Assembly: GCA_054600435.1 (NCBI GenBank)
Contig: BAAIJX010000042.1
Span: forward strand, 124,001 to 188,000
Direction of reading: 5' to 3'
Length of the DNA: 64,000 bases
From: Neophaeotheca triangularis
Taxonomy: Eukaryota
Shown here: positions 10,804-21,874 of the stretch, in pieces
Layout of the letters: every line of letters begins with the position of its first letter
Numbering within the stretch: position 1 is the stretch's first letter
Made by a program: the position numbers and the translations under genes
The notes under the pieces: generated by a model
Database searches by the model: none
Seen by the model: only the letters and a program-made list of their open reading frames with translations
What the model was told of the DNA's origin: nothing

Positions 10804-12420
10804 ATGGCAGACCACAATGACCCCAAACTGCTCTACGCAATCAACAACATCAAAGCCTACCATATCCAAGATGGCGAAGAGACTTCCCTCACTATCTCTG
10901 GAGGCCAGACTCTCAGCATGCTCATGGTTCCCACCGACTCGCCTTTTACAGAGAACATGACCATGCCTCAGAACAACGCTGCCCCCGATCAAGACTTCTA
11001 CCTCCACCTCAACCTCCCTCCCGAGCTCGACCTCCCCATGCCAGCAACCACCCAAATCTACCACCAACCCCCCAGATCTTACCTAATCCCTCGCTGGGAC
11101 ATGGGCCCCAACATCCACGCCTTCACCCGCATCGAGTTCCCTGAAAAAGCAAATCAAGACGACGTCGACACCTTCGAAACCATTCTCGCCCAATGCACCG
11201 CCTTCCTCGAGCGCGCCCGCCCTCCTCTCCCCGACCGCAAGTCCGACATGCCCCACGATCAAAAGAACCCCGACGGCTCCTACCCCTACAACCCCGCCGA
11301 CTACGCCCCTGGCGGTCCTAACGGAGACCACCAACCCAGCCAAGTCGTCCTAATCGACGAAGACAACGGCAGCATAGTCGGTCAACTCGGTGGGGACGCC
11401 CAAATTCACGAATCCGACGACCTCAAACCCGGCAACAAGCGACCAGTCGAGATCAACGTCTCGGCCGACGGCAAACGCATCGACGTCTCCCCAGTAAGCG
11501 AAGACTATCTCAAAATGTCCCGCCACCCAGCCTACGCCTCCTCCTCCATCGTCCAACAAGCCGCGACCGCCTCCCGCCTAATCGTGACCTCCTCCACCCG
11601 CCTCGGCGGCATGCTCGCCTCGGGCGCCGAATCCTTCGCCAAAAACACCAAACCCTCGCAAAAGCCAATGGAATTTACGCCCGCCGCCCACGAGCGCGTC
11701 CGCAAAATCAACGCCTTTACAAACGACACTGCACAATTCAGTGCCAAAACGGTCGGCCAAGCCGGCAAGCTGGTACAAAACTTCACCGCCTCCGCCACGG
11801 GCCACAAAAAAGACCGCTACCCCAAGGGCTTCGACAAAGAGGGCAAAGCCGTCGGCAACGACACTTACAAACCGGGCTTTCTCAACAAATCCATGATTGC
11901 TTTCACCACTGTCGCCGACGGGCTCGCGGAGAGCGGGAAACAACTCATGACCACTTCCGGCGCCGCCGCGAGCTCAATGGTCGGCCACAAATTCGGCCCC
12001 GATGCCGGATCCATAGCCACTCAGCTCGCGGGCGGTGTTAAGAACGTCGGACTCGTATACATTGACGTGACAGGCGTGAGCCGCAAAGCCGTCATCAAGG
12101 GCGTAGCGAAGGGCATGGTTTTGGGCAAAGTCAAGGGCGGGGGCGAAGTCGTCGTCGGCGATGGCGATGGAGGTGGCTTGTCTGCGGAAGAGGCTAAGAA
12201 GGCTGAAGGCCATGGCGCGTTGCCCGAGGGCTCGGGAACGCCGCTGCCGGCTGTCGAGACTGCGCCCCAGGAGGTTGCGGGCAAGGCGGAGCAGGCTGGT
12301 TACGGACCTACTGCTAGTTCGGAATGGACAGGGCAGGGCCAGGGTTTGGGCGGCGAGGGGCCCCCGCCGCCGGCTTATAGTGGTGCTACCGCCTCGGGGT
12401 ATCCGGCTGAGAAGCAGTAG
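10804..12420 (+). CDS. Spartin-like protein (senescence domain)
   Basis: 538-aa ORF with N-terminal region (LDLPMPATTQIY...YLIPRWD) and senescence-domain pattern (ASRLIV...VGHKFGPDAG...VKNVGLVYIDVTGVSRKAVIK). No MIT domain seen. Confidence 0.8.
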   Translation: MADHNDPKLLYAINNIKAYHIQDGEETSLTISGGQTLSMLMVPTDSPFTENMTMPQNNAAPDQDFYLHLNLPPELDLPMPATTQIYHQPPRSYLIPRWDMGPNIHAFTRIEFPEKANQDDVDTFETILAQCTAFLERARPPLPDRKSDMPHDQKNPDGSYPYNPADYAPGGPNGDHQPSQVVLIDEDNGSIVGQLGGDAQIHESDDLKPGNKRPVEINVSADGKRIDVSPVSEDYLKMSRHPAYASSSIVQQAATASRLIVTSSTRLGGMLASGAESFAKNTKPSQKPMEFTPAAHERVRKINAFTNDTAQFSAKTVGQAGKLVQNFTASATGHKKDRYPKGFDKEGKAVGNDTYKPGFLNKSMIAFTTVADGLAESGKQLMTTSGAAASSMVGHKFGPDAGSIATQLAGGVKNVGLVYIDVTGVSRKAVIKGVAKGMVLGKVKGGGEVVVGDGDGGGLSAEEAKKAEGHGALPEGSGTPLPAVETAPQEVAGKAEQAGYGPTASSEWTGQGQGLGGEGPPPPAYSGATASGYPAEKQ

Positions 12421-13441
12421 AGAGTGCTCGCAATTCTAACTAACGTTGCTGATGACGACGCACGACTACAACTACGACGAGTGAGCGAGCAAGAACCGTC
12501 AGGCAGTTTGCCTTTTCCCACGAGTGTGTTGAGCAAGCGTAGGGCGTAAAGTCTATAAAACCCTGTTGGTACTTTCCCGGCCCCCCTTTCTCTCTTTTTC
12601 ACTGTAACACTCTTTAACACACACGGTCAACCCGCGCATCACTAAATCCTCGTACCCTCGCCTGAAGATACTGTTTCCCACGTACAGTACACGACGATTT
12701 CATAATAGTCGCCTTCTCCTTCTCATCCTTCCTCTTCACCAGAAGCACCAGAAGATACGCGATGCTGTCGTTGATGCTACTGTTGATGCTGAGTGAGAGT
12801 ACCAAGTGAGAGAACTTGGTCAGAGTGCTTGATGCCACTTCTACTTCCACTTCTCCTTCTAATTCTGCATTTGCTTCGGCTCCCGCTGCTACTCTTGCAC
12901 GTGCTCCCACGTATGCTTCCGCTTCCGCTACCGCTTCCGTTTCGCTCGCTGCTACTTCTACTTCCAAGACTGCTTATGCTCAGGCTTCTGCCTCTGCTGG
13001 ATAAGAATTCTTACTGCTACTTCTACTTCCAATTCTCATAGCCTTCCAGTCCCGCTGAGGGAATGTGCTCGATGCTATTTCTACGATGTAGCTGGGAGGC
13101 TCTGTCTGCAGAGACTGCATACTGTATGGACTAGTTCGAACGGCTTCCCGGACTTAAGAGCGGTGGCCAGCGCCTCGTCGCCCAGTGGTGCGAAGACCGG
13201 CTTTCGCATCGTGCTGGCATAGGCATCCATGCCGTACCTAATGCATTATCTGCTTTAGGGGCTCTTCTCTGCCGTTAGTCAAATTTAGCAAGGGGAAAGA
13301 AAAAAGGAAAGGAACGGCTCTCACCTACCATGCGAAACTTAGCTCCTCGCGTTCCACGCGACCCAACAATCAGCGAGCCCTGAGGTTCAACGCCGTTTGC
13401 CTCCGACGTTTCAGATCCAAACCACACCCCTTCCCCACAAA

Positions 13442-14797
13442 TCAAATGTAAACCCTCTTAGCATCCCCAGCCCGACTCTCACTAGGACAATACGGACACT
13501 TCATCCTGCTCTTGCCGCGCGAATGCGCTTCCAAACTCTCCTTGGCAATGACGTGCCCACAAGGCATCATCATAGGCGGATTGGCATCTGTGGCCTGCTC
13601 CTTGCTAACCGGACACACGAAAACGGAATGAAAGCTAAAACTCCCCGGCAGCGGCGTCTCGACGGGTAACTCGTTGACGCTAGTCCACTGGCCGCGACTG
13701 GCGGCCATGACGCGCTCGACCTTCTCGAGAACGGGGAGCGCGATGCCGCCGGCTGTTACGGCTGTGTAGAGGGGCGAGGCCGAGGAGAGGCCTAGCATGC
13801 CGCAGAATTCTCGCATGAAGGCTTCCGAGGCGGCGTTGTAGCTCGCTTGGAGGTGGAAGAGGGTCGTGTAGGGCGAGGTTTGTAGGGCGGGCGCAAAGGC
13901 GAGGGAGCCCATTAGGCTGCGGATTTCGGGTCCGTAGCGGGTCGAGAAGGCGGGGAAAGTGGCGCGGGCGTATTCGAGAGCGCGCATGGTTGGGGTAGCG
14001 ATCGGTGGGTCGGGGATTTCATCCGACATGGTGTCGTTTGCGGAGGGGGGTGAGGTGTAGAGGTCGACGAATTTGAGGCGGCTGAGCTCGAATTCGAGGT
14101 TCGAGCCGCGGAGTTCGAGCTCGTTGCTATGCTGGCGGGACCAGGCGATTGCTGGGTCCGGGTCGTGGTTGTTGCGGAGGGAGTCGAGGATGTGGTACAT
14201 TTCGGCGAATTTGGCTTGCAATTTGCTGCTTGTGGATGAGAGGTCGTCGCTATGGCTTTCTACGTCTTCCATGGAGTTGACGTTCTCGAAATCGCGCTGC
14301 CAGCTGTTCTCACTGGCCGGTTGTTCTTTCTTTGCATCCTCCGGGTGCATCATTATTGCCTCGTCTTCGTCCTCTTCGCTGGCGTGATCATGATGTTGGG
14401 GTCCCTCGTTCACTTCTCGGACAAACGCCTTGGCCACGTCAAACCTGCCCTCTCTCAACAAATGCATAGCCAAAGCCCGATTGATAAGAGAAGGCCTCTC
14501 AGCAATAGGATCATTGGCAGCAGTAGGAAGCTTAATTTCTTTGAACTTGGCCTTGATCTCTTTGTCATACCGATTCAGCCCCTTATTCACCACTTTCAGA
14601 TCGTCCTCGAACTTGTCAATGATCTCCTTGGTCGGCTTTTTTATCTTGGCTACTGCCATGCCTCCGGCGTTTGGGTCTTGTGTTACTCCATCGTAGGCGC
14701 TCTGCAAGAAGTCGACAAGCTTGTCGGCATCCTTGACTGCTTTCTCCAGTGTCCCACTCTTGCTCAGCGAGTCGTGCTGCTTCATTAGATCCTCCAT
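13442..14797 (-). CDS. RMD5: GID/CTLH complex RING subunit Gid2/Rmd5
   Basis: LisH (LINRALAMHLLREGRFDVA), CTLH (AIAWSRQH...GSNLEFEL), CRA and degenerate RING (FHSVFVCPVSKEQ...PPMMMPCGHVI...KCPYCP). First ATG at 14797; the track starts at a TTG. Confidence 0.92.
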   Translation of the reverse strand: MEDLMKQHDSLSKSGTLEKAVKDADKLVDFLQSAYDGVTQDPNAGGMAVAKIKKPTKEIIDKFEDDLKVVNKGLNRYDKEIKAKFKEIKLPTAANDPIAERPSLINRALAMHLLREGRFDVAKAFVREVNEGPQHHDHASEEDEDEAIMMHPEDAKKEQPASENSWQRDFENVNSMEDVESHSDDLSSTSSKLQAKFAEMYHILDSLRNNHDPDPAIAWSRQHSNELELRGSNLEFELSRLKFVDLYTSPPSANDTMSDEIPDPPIATPTMRALEYARATFPAFSTRYGPEIRSLMGSLAFAPALQTSPYTTLFHLQASYNAASEAFMREFCGMLGLSSASPLYTAVTAGGIALPVLEKVERVMAASRGQWTSVNELPVETPLPGSFSFHSVFVCPVSKEQATDANPPMMMPCGHVIAKESLEAHSRGKSRMKCPYCPSESRAGDAKRVYI

Positions 14798-15310
14798 CTG
14801 TGCCAACTTGGCCTTGATCGGCCTGTCGCTTTCGGGTGCGCCGGATTTGGGGGCTCTGTTGAGTTATGAGCCTAGTTCTGGCGCCGGTTCACTTGGCCGA
14901 GATATTCTTGAATGAATGAATAGTCGAAGACAAGTTACGACTGTGTTATCAGTTACGAGGAACCTAAGCTCTTGTCCGCAAGCACGAGACGAGGTGAAGT
15001 GACCACCCGCCGATGTCCGTGCAGGTGCTTTTGTGGGGCCATACCGATGCGCCACACTTTGAACTGAACAGGCTCCACTGTCTCCATCCCGCTCTATCGC
15101 AACATCACCGGGTGCCGTTGGTTACTAAGAGTCTGCAAAGACGAATTGATTTATATTGCTGCTATTGACGCTGCGGAACGATTGACCAGGTCAGGACAGC
15201 TCATCTCTTGGCTCGTCCAGAAACCCCTGGAATCACACTAAGAAATACTGCCAATATGAGAGTAGCCTGAGATAGTTGAGCCCATAAGGCAGCACACTTA
15301 CGTCGCTACA

Positions 15311-18001
15311 ATGGCCGGACGATCTTCTGTCGATGACCGGGGTCTACGTCCACCTCCTGCTCACACCCAGGACCAGAGACCAGCAACTGCGCCACAACCC
15401 GGATCACCAGCACAGGAACCGCGTAAAGGAGGTCTTTCTCACACCTTTACATCCCCGGATGGCAAAGCCCCTGAGAACGACGACCCAAACTACCAAAGGC
15501 TGGTCCTGTCCGACCCCGTGGCCTTCCGCTATCTCTCCGAAGACCCTTTGACCACAGTCATTGAACGGCGAAGCGAACTCGAAGGCTTCGAGGCCTATGT
15601 TGTCGAGCAATGGGCGACATCGCGCACTCATCCTACATTTGTCATCACTACCTACACTGGTGATCCAGCTCATGTCGTCGTGGTGGGAGTGTTGAGCGTT
15701 CCCGTTGATGAATCTACCTGGTCGCCAAGGTTGCGGGTGTACTTCAAAGCCCTCAATCAGTACCATGCTCGGAGACGAGAGACCGCACTCGGCATACTGA
15801 TGGTCACAAATCTCTCTGGTTTCCCCAGCTCGCTGACGGTCATCCCAGTCCCCAATGGAGACATGCGAAAACATCGCTTCGACTTCTTCGTCAACGAGAA
15901 TTTGAAGCGGATGGGTTGCTCCGGCAGAGTGGGTTTGACATTGACAGCGCCTTCTGGAGCCACGACGGCAAAATTCCACCAGCTGTATAGGACTTCTGAA
16001 AAAAACGAGCTGTACAAGTCTATTATCGAGCTCGTCAAGCTTTGCCAGTCGGCGCTCATGCTTTTCGACGAGCTGGAAATCGATTACGCAGATGGCTTGC
16101 TTTGCGATGTGACGGAAAAGGCTATTAACGACTGGTGGGTGGAAATTGGCACAGATCATTACAATATTGAGCCTCACGATGGCATCTTGGGTCCAACGAC
16201 AGTAGCTGGCCTGCTGGGACTACTGATGGGGACACGGAACAGATTGCATGCGGTCGGTGCACCAGTTTCCAAAGAGCCATTTGACGTCGAAGCCATGAAA
16301 CGGGCTATAGGCGCTTTCCAAAAGCAACAACGCTTGACCCGATCTCGACGCCTGGACAGGAAGACTCTGGATAGACTGCACAAGCTCACCACCAAAGCCG
16401 CTAACAGCGAGGGGTGGACCATGCCACGTGCAGTTAAATCTACCGTTGCTGAACTCAGCGGCAAAGGAGGCGAAATGGTCATGGATGTGGTTGGCCGTCG
16501 CGACCGTGCTGGCATTGCGGAAATTGAGACTTGCGACATGGAACGCTTCGCACAGCTTGTGTTTGGGGAGCGGTGTAAATGGCTTTGGTATAGTAAGCCG
16601 GTGAAGAAGACGAAGCAACCCGAGCCGCTCGACAGTCTACCAACAGAGGCGGGCTTGGTGTTCAAGCCTGATGAGAATGGCGGATTTACCTGGACTGGAA
16701 GGAAGAGCACTGTGGACGGGGCTCCTGCGGGCAAGAGGGAGCAATACGATGATCTCGCTTCGCCGGGAGGGCATGACGATTCGGATGAAGACGAGGCAAA
16801 GATGAGATCGCTTTTCAACCGAGCTACGGGTATTGATAAACTCAGGGGAGCTGTAGGATTGCGAGGCCATGGGCACAAAGAGTCAAAAGATTCGACTGAC
16901 TCGCCTAACTCACCCGTGGAGGACGGTAGAAGTAAACGACGGCCACATCTGCGGCGCTCCAGCACCGATCCAGTCAAAAGCCCTGCTACCCCGTCCTCGC
17001 AGACTGGTTCTCGGTTTGACGACACCATCTTTAACCAAAGGCAGTCGCCTCAGCAAAAGCAGTCCCCCACATCTGTTTCATTCGATCACCGACAGTCGAT
17101 CAACACCCACATGGGCGCTATCACTGAAACCCCAGACAAGTCATTGGAGGATATACCTCAAGAGGGCGAAAGCCTCAAAGATAGCGAAGCCGCCGTAGAA
17201 GATGCCGACGATGCCGACCAAAAGACTCACAAAGACGAAGATGACCAGGACGCCGACGACACTTGCAACACCGCCACCAACACCACCGGAACAGCACCAC
17301 CCTCAATCGCCGGCTCGACCTACAAAGGCATAGACCTAAACGATACCCTCCCAACCGGCCCGGAAACCGAAATCGAAACCTCCAAACTCCTCCGCCGCAC
17401 CCTCTCCACCAGCCGCCTCATCTCCACCCAACACGAACCCCCACGCTCCCCCTCCTTCCACCCCCGCCACCTCAGCTTCTCCCTCGCCGAACAAAGCGTC
17501 CTAACCTGGGACCCCCTAACCCCGGCCCCACCCACTCCTCCCTCGCAAACCACAAACCCCCTCTCCACCCTCGCCGAAACCAACCACCGCACCCTCCACC
17601 TCAAAACCCTCCACTCCCACCTCCTCGCCCTCGAAACCCGCACGGCAACTTACACAGCCTCCCAAATCACCACTCTCCAAGAAACCCTGCTGCCCTTACT
17701 CTCCGACCACCATCAAACGCTCACAGCCCTCTACTACCCTCACCTCAACCGACTGCAATGTCTGCAAGAGAGCTCGTCGACACTGATGCACGAGGAACGC
17801 GAGAGACTGGAAGAAGCGGGCAAGGAGTTGGAGACACTGGTCGCGAAGCTGGAATACGAGATTGAAGGGTTGAGGGGCAGGGTTGAGGAGGTGGAGAATG
17901 GAGTTGCGGAGTTTGGTAAGGGGGTCGCGCGGGTTGAGGAGAGGGTCCGGGAGCTCGAGGGTTTGGAAGGGAAGAGTGGTTGGGGGTGTTCGGTCATGTG
18001 A
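15311..18001 (+). CDS. Stb2/Stb6-like (Sin3-binding family) protein with C-terminal coiled coil and CaaX
   Basis: 896-aa ORF. Conserved N-terminal block (LVLSDPVAFRYL, GFEAYVVEQWA, LMVTNLSGFPSSL, NENLKRMGCSGR, DGLLCDVT, EPHDGILGPTTV) is typical of the Stb6 family. Ends in CSVM*. Confidence 0.8.
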   Translation: MAGRSSVDDRGLRPPPAHTQDQRPATAPQPGSPAQEPRKGGLSHTFTSPDGKAPENDDPNYQRLVLSDPVAFRYLSEDPLTTVIERRSELEGFEAYVVEQWATSRTHPTFVITTYTGDPAHVVVVGVLSVPVDESTWSPRLRVYFKALNQYHARRRETALGILMVTNLSGFPSSLTVIPVPNGDMRKHRFDFFVNENLKRMGCSGRVGLTLTAPSGATTAKFHQLYRTSEKNELYKSIIELVKLCQSALMLFDELEIDYADGLLCDVTEKAINDWWVEIGTDHYNIEPHDGILGPTTVAGLLGLLMGTRNRLHAVGAPVSKEPFDVEAMKRAIGAFQKQQRLTRSRRLDRKTLDRLHKLTTKAANSEGWTMPRAVKSTVAELSGKGGEMVMDVVGRRDRAGIAEIETCDMERFAQLVFGERCKWLWYSKPVKKTKQPEPLDSLPTEAGLVFKPDENGGFTWTGRKSTVDGAPAGKREQYDDLASPGGHDDSDEDEAKMRSLFNRATGIDKLRGAVGLRGHGHKESKDSTDSPNSPVEDGRSKRRPHLRRSSTDPVKSPATPSSQTGSRFDDTIFNQRQSPQQKQSPTSVSFDHRQSINTHMGAITETPDKSLEDIPQEGESLKDSEAAVEDADDADQKTHKDEDDQDADDTCNTATNTTGTAPPSIAGSTYKGIDLNDTLPTGPETEIETSKLLRRTLSTSRLISTQHEPPRSPSFHPRHLSFSLAEQSVLTWDPLTPAPPTPPSQTTNPLSTLAETNHRTLHLKTLHSHLLALETRTATYTASQITTLQETLLPLLSDHHQTLTALYYPHLNRLQCLQESSSTLMHEERERLEEAGKELETLVAKLEYEIEGLRGRVEEVENGVAEFGKGVARVEERVRELEGLEGKSGWGCSVM

Positions 18002-19383
18002 AGTTCGGAGTAGCGAAGACGGGGACGCGGCGTCGTGCGTGCGAGACCGGTGTGGATGGCGTTCAGGGGGGTTTTTCGGATTCTCTGTGTCGTGGGAGGC
18101 TTGCGCTGGTGGGTACATTGTAATCTAGAATTTGGCGTTGGAATCAGCTCCATACCCTTCCCCATCCTACCGGGCAAGCAAAATCAGATACCAATAAAGC
18201 AGCACCGTCGCCCCAAGTGACCTTACATAACCCCGAAGCGCCGATCAAGGCTAAAACCAATCCTCCCAGAGCCCGTTCGATTTCCGAGCCAATGCCGGAT
18301 TTTGGAGAACTCTACTGGACAAGTGCACTTGAGGAAGCGATCTAAAGATGGAACCCGCGAGCTTGCCCCGTGGAGGTTTAGTGACGCGCTCTTCCGAATG
18401 CGCCACGGGGGTCATGCTTGAAGTGCGTGGGGTGAGGGTTGTTTCTGTGCCTTTTCTGTGGGTATTGCCTTGTCTGCAACGGACTTGTTGCGTGCTTTTT
18501 GGGGGTCACTGCGAAGCATCTTGAAAGTCCTTACGTCTCGGGCGGAGGAAGGTTGAGTACTTTTGGCGCTTGTGACCCGATTGGTTGTACCAGTGGTAGC
18601 ATTCAGCCTTTTCCGATGCTCGGTTTATGTTTCCAAGCTGCTGGTGCTTCACATCCCATCATCTACAAACATCATTTTACTCAACTCGTGCATGTCGTAT
18701 GGTAGTCTAGCCACAAACTCTGAGAAGGCCAGAACATGAAAGCGAAGGGGGATGATATGGCCGTCAAGCCAACAAAAGGAAACCACTACCCGATGGCAGT
18801 GGGAAAGGAAAACCCCAGACAGTTTTGCACTTTTTACGTCGTTCTTTCGGTTCGGCAGCGGTTTCGGTCGGTTTCGGTCGGTCGGTTCGGGGGTTATCGA
18901 TCGGTAAAGGCACTCATTCTCGTTCCACGGTTGTACTGAAGAAGGTGAACAGAGGTGGGTTTCGAACCGCTGACTTTCGTTCGGTTTGTAGACGCTTCTG
19001 CAATTACCTTCTCACTAGTGTCGAAATTCACTGGTGAGTTTGACTTGATTGCAGAGGTGTCTTAACCGTCGAGCGAGCGGACCACTTGTTGAAAGACTGC
19101 GGTATGGTGTGGTATATATACTCTGGACGAGGGGTTGCCTCTATCAAGACGTCAGCCGGCTTGCTTTTGGTTGTGTAGTGAGGTGGAAAGGGGGCTGACG
19201 TACCAGCTTGACCAGGAGCGTCTGGCTTGACTTCCGATGCCCTATCCCTTACTCGTACACTCTCTGCTACTCCCGTGGTGCAGCTAGCTTATTCCCTGGA
19301 AGGGCGAGCTGAATGAAAAGCCCTCTCTCGACTTCACCAATCTGCCCGGTATGCCAAAGTGGCTACATCAGCATTCCCAAAAC

Positions 19384-20958
19384 CTATAGCAACGTAGTCG
19401 AACGAGGCGGATCCACAAAAGCCTCGCGATCACTCCCCCTCTTCTTCCTAATACTCCCACCAGTCCAAATAACCACCGGAACCGCGGTAACAATCGACAA
19501 AATCCCCAGTATCAGCGTCGCAAGCCCCCAACCATGAGCCTGGACAACCATACCCGCGACGAGAGGACCAACCAGGCTCCCAGCAGCAAACCCCATATTA
19601 AACAACCCGTAAGCTTGCGCGTAGGCACCATTCTTGCCGAAGAAACCTGGGGCTTGCTTCTGCTCTTTGGCGACAACGGTATAAGTGATCTCCGCCATGA
19701 CTGGCGTCAACTGGAGTGCGAGGGCTATGCCAATCAGCGCTAGCAAAGCGCAGAGTAGCACTTTCTGCTTTAGGCTGTTGTGGTCGACGAGCCGGAGGAG
19801 GATGAGCAGTGGTGTCGCCATCACGAAGCCTGCGGTTGCGAACCAGCGTGGTCCGTACTTGTCGCTGGCCCAGCCGATGAGGGGGCCGAAGAAGGAGGTT
19901 ATGACAATGGGCAGGAACACTAGACCAGCGCCGACGGAGTTCCAGCCGAAGGTGTCGCGGACGTAGAGGGGAAGGACGGAGTCGAAAGCTGTAAGGAGAG
20001 ATGCTTGGATCAAGACGGCCCAGAGCGCTGAAAGGAGACGACGGGAGGAAAGCAGCCATAGTACTGGCGGCATGCGGTCCCCCCAGGATCTGCCAGCCTT
20101 TGATGGTGTAGTTACATCAGGGGCAATCCCATCTGCTGGTTCAGTCACATCGTGCTCCTTTGATCGGCCCACATCGCTCGACATCTCGATATCATCCGTG
20201 GATGGGTTACCAAAACGATTGCCAGAATGTCCTTCTATCGGTCCAAATTGCTTAGGCTCGCCGGGAATGCCAATCATACTGTCTCGCTTCTCCTCCTCCG
20301 TTTTACCATCCTCCGGTAACCAACGAACAGCAACCTTCCTCTCAACAATGGCCAAGCGCAAGAAAATATCCACCACGATAAGACCAAAAGCCATATAATA
20401 AACAGAATAATAGTCAGCAGCATCATAGACAACACCACTAAGCAACGGCGCAAGGAGAATGCCCAAACTCATAGCCATGCCCACATACCCCATAGCCTGC
20501 CCGATCTCATGCGACCCAACAGTATCGACGAGCAAAGCCAACCCCACGACCCAAACGACCGCCGCGGAAAGCCCTTGCAACGCTCTCCCCGCAGCCAGAA
20601 CCGCGATACTGGTGCCCACACACAACATCACAGTCGCGCCCCCCAGAGCAATCAACCCCAAGATCAGCGGCAAACGCCTGCTGTCCGATTTATCGGCCAG
20701 CAGGCCACAAACGGGCGAGGCCGCCAGCAGCGCCGCGCCGTACACGGCCAGCAAGATGGAGACCCATGACTGGACTTGGTCGGGGCTGATGCCGGCGCGT
20801 TCCTCGAGAGCAAAAGGCAGGACCGGGACGACGATGCCGTAGGTGAAGATGTCTGTGAAGACGGCGCTGGCGACGGTGAGGACGATGAAGGTTTTGGAGC
20901 TGCGGAATTGGAGGCAGATGGGGGGTTGGGAGGCGGAGCCCGTTAGCCAGGTGAGCAT
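19384..20958 (-). CDS. MFS transporter, vesicular amine transporter-like
   Basis: 524 aa with about 12 hydrophobic helices. FTDIFTYGIVVPVLPF, motif A (GLLADKSDSRR and GWASDKYGPR), GAYAQAYGLFNMGFAAG. Confidence 0.85.
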   Translation of the reverse strand: MLTWLTGSASQPPICLQFRSSKTFIVLTVASAVFTDIFTYGIVVPVLPFALEERAGISPDQVQSWVSILLAVYGAALLAASPVCGLLADKSDSRRLPLILGLIALGGATVMLCVGTSIAVLAAGRALQGLSAAVVWVVGLALLVDTVGSHEIGQAMGYVGMAMSLGILLAPLLSGVVYDAADYYSVYYMAFGLIVVDIFLRLAIVERKVAVRWLPEDGKTEEEKRDSMIGIPGEPKQFGPIEGHSGNRFGNPSTDDIEMSSDVGRSKEHDVTEPADGIAPDVTTPSKAGRSWGDRMPPVLWLLSSRRLLSALWAVLIQASLLTAFDSVLPLYVRDTFGWNSVGAGLVFLPIVITSFFGPLIGWASDKYGPRWFATAGFVMATPLLILLRLVDHNSLKQKVLLCALLALIGIALALQLTPVMAEITYTVVAKEQKQAPGFFGKNGAYAQAYGLFNMGFAAGSLVGPLVAGMVVQAHGWGLATLILGILSIVTAVPVVIWTGGSIRKKRGSDREAFVDPPRSTTLL

Positions 20959-21874
20959 TGTTGTCGTGGGCTCGAAGCAGATGAAAAGGCGAGACGGGAC
21001 GAGATTGGGTCTACTCGTCTGGTGGAGTGGCGATTAGGGATGTTGATGGCGGGATGGCAGGCGGTTGGAAGGGGCTGTCATGTTGGGAGGGGAAAGATTC
21101 AAGCGGGTTGGGATAACGGATAAGAGATAGTACTCAAGGATACATGATAGCCACACCCGTTGTACATACAAAAGGTAGTAATAATAATAATAATGACATG
21201 TTGTAAGTAAGAGAAATGTCTCTAGCAGCTGACTCTGACGTCCCGGCTTTGTGTTGGCTGGGCTTTCCGGATCCGGCCGCCGCATCCAAAACTAGGACCG
21301 TCAACTACGAGGTAGAAGAAGCGAAGCGAGTGCCCATTTTCTCGGCAAAGAATACCTTCCATTACCTTAGGGCTGACGCTGTAATTTCACATCACAATCC
21401 ACCACAGAGATGTAACATCTTCTGTCTCGTTCACACGATGATGGAGCTGTGAAGTTTATAGCCCTATAGGCGACTCGTCGCGACCGTGGGGGCATTTGAC
21501 TGTGCCAAGAATCAACATTCACTGCAATGCACGTCAAAGTTCAGCCTCCCCACGGCGGAATCGAGGGCCGAAACGAGACAAGAAAGGTAGTAGGAATCAT
21601 CGTGGAAGAAAGGGTAAGATAGCGATCTAAAATGAGAAAATTGTGTCGGAGCTCACATTGGATGTGGGAGAAAAATAGCAATCTGCCCGGAGAACTGCCA
21701 TCTAAAGGCGGGCATGCTCCTTTCAAGCTTGTACAGGAGAAGAAAGATATCGTCATTTACGGCCACAACTGTTTCATCTATGCCTAGCCGTCATCTGTAT
21801 CACCTTTCTAGACCCATGGGAAAACTCCAGATGGAAACGTTAGAAATCTCGGCATCACCCTCCATGCTCTTCCT

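Noticed and set aside
18945..19084. Functional intron-containing tRNA on the - strand
   Set aside because: A/B-box-like words are present but the acceptor, D and T stems do not pair. Kept only as a hairpin/relic finding.
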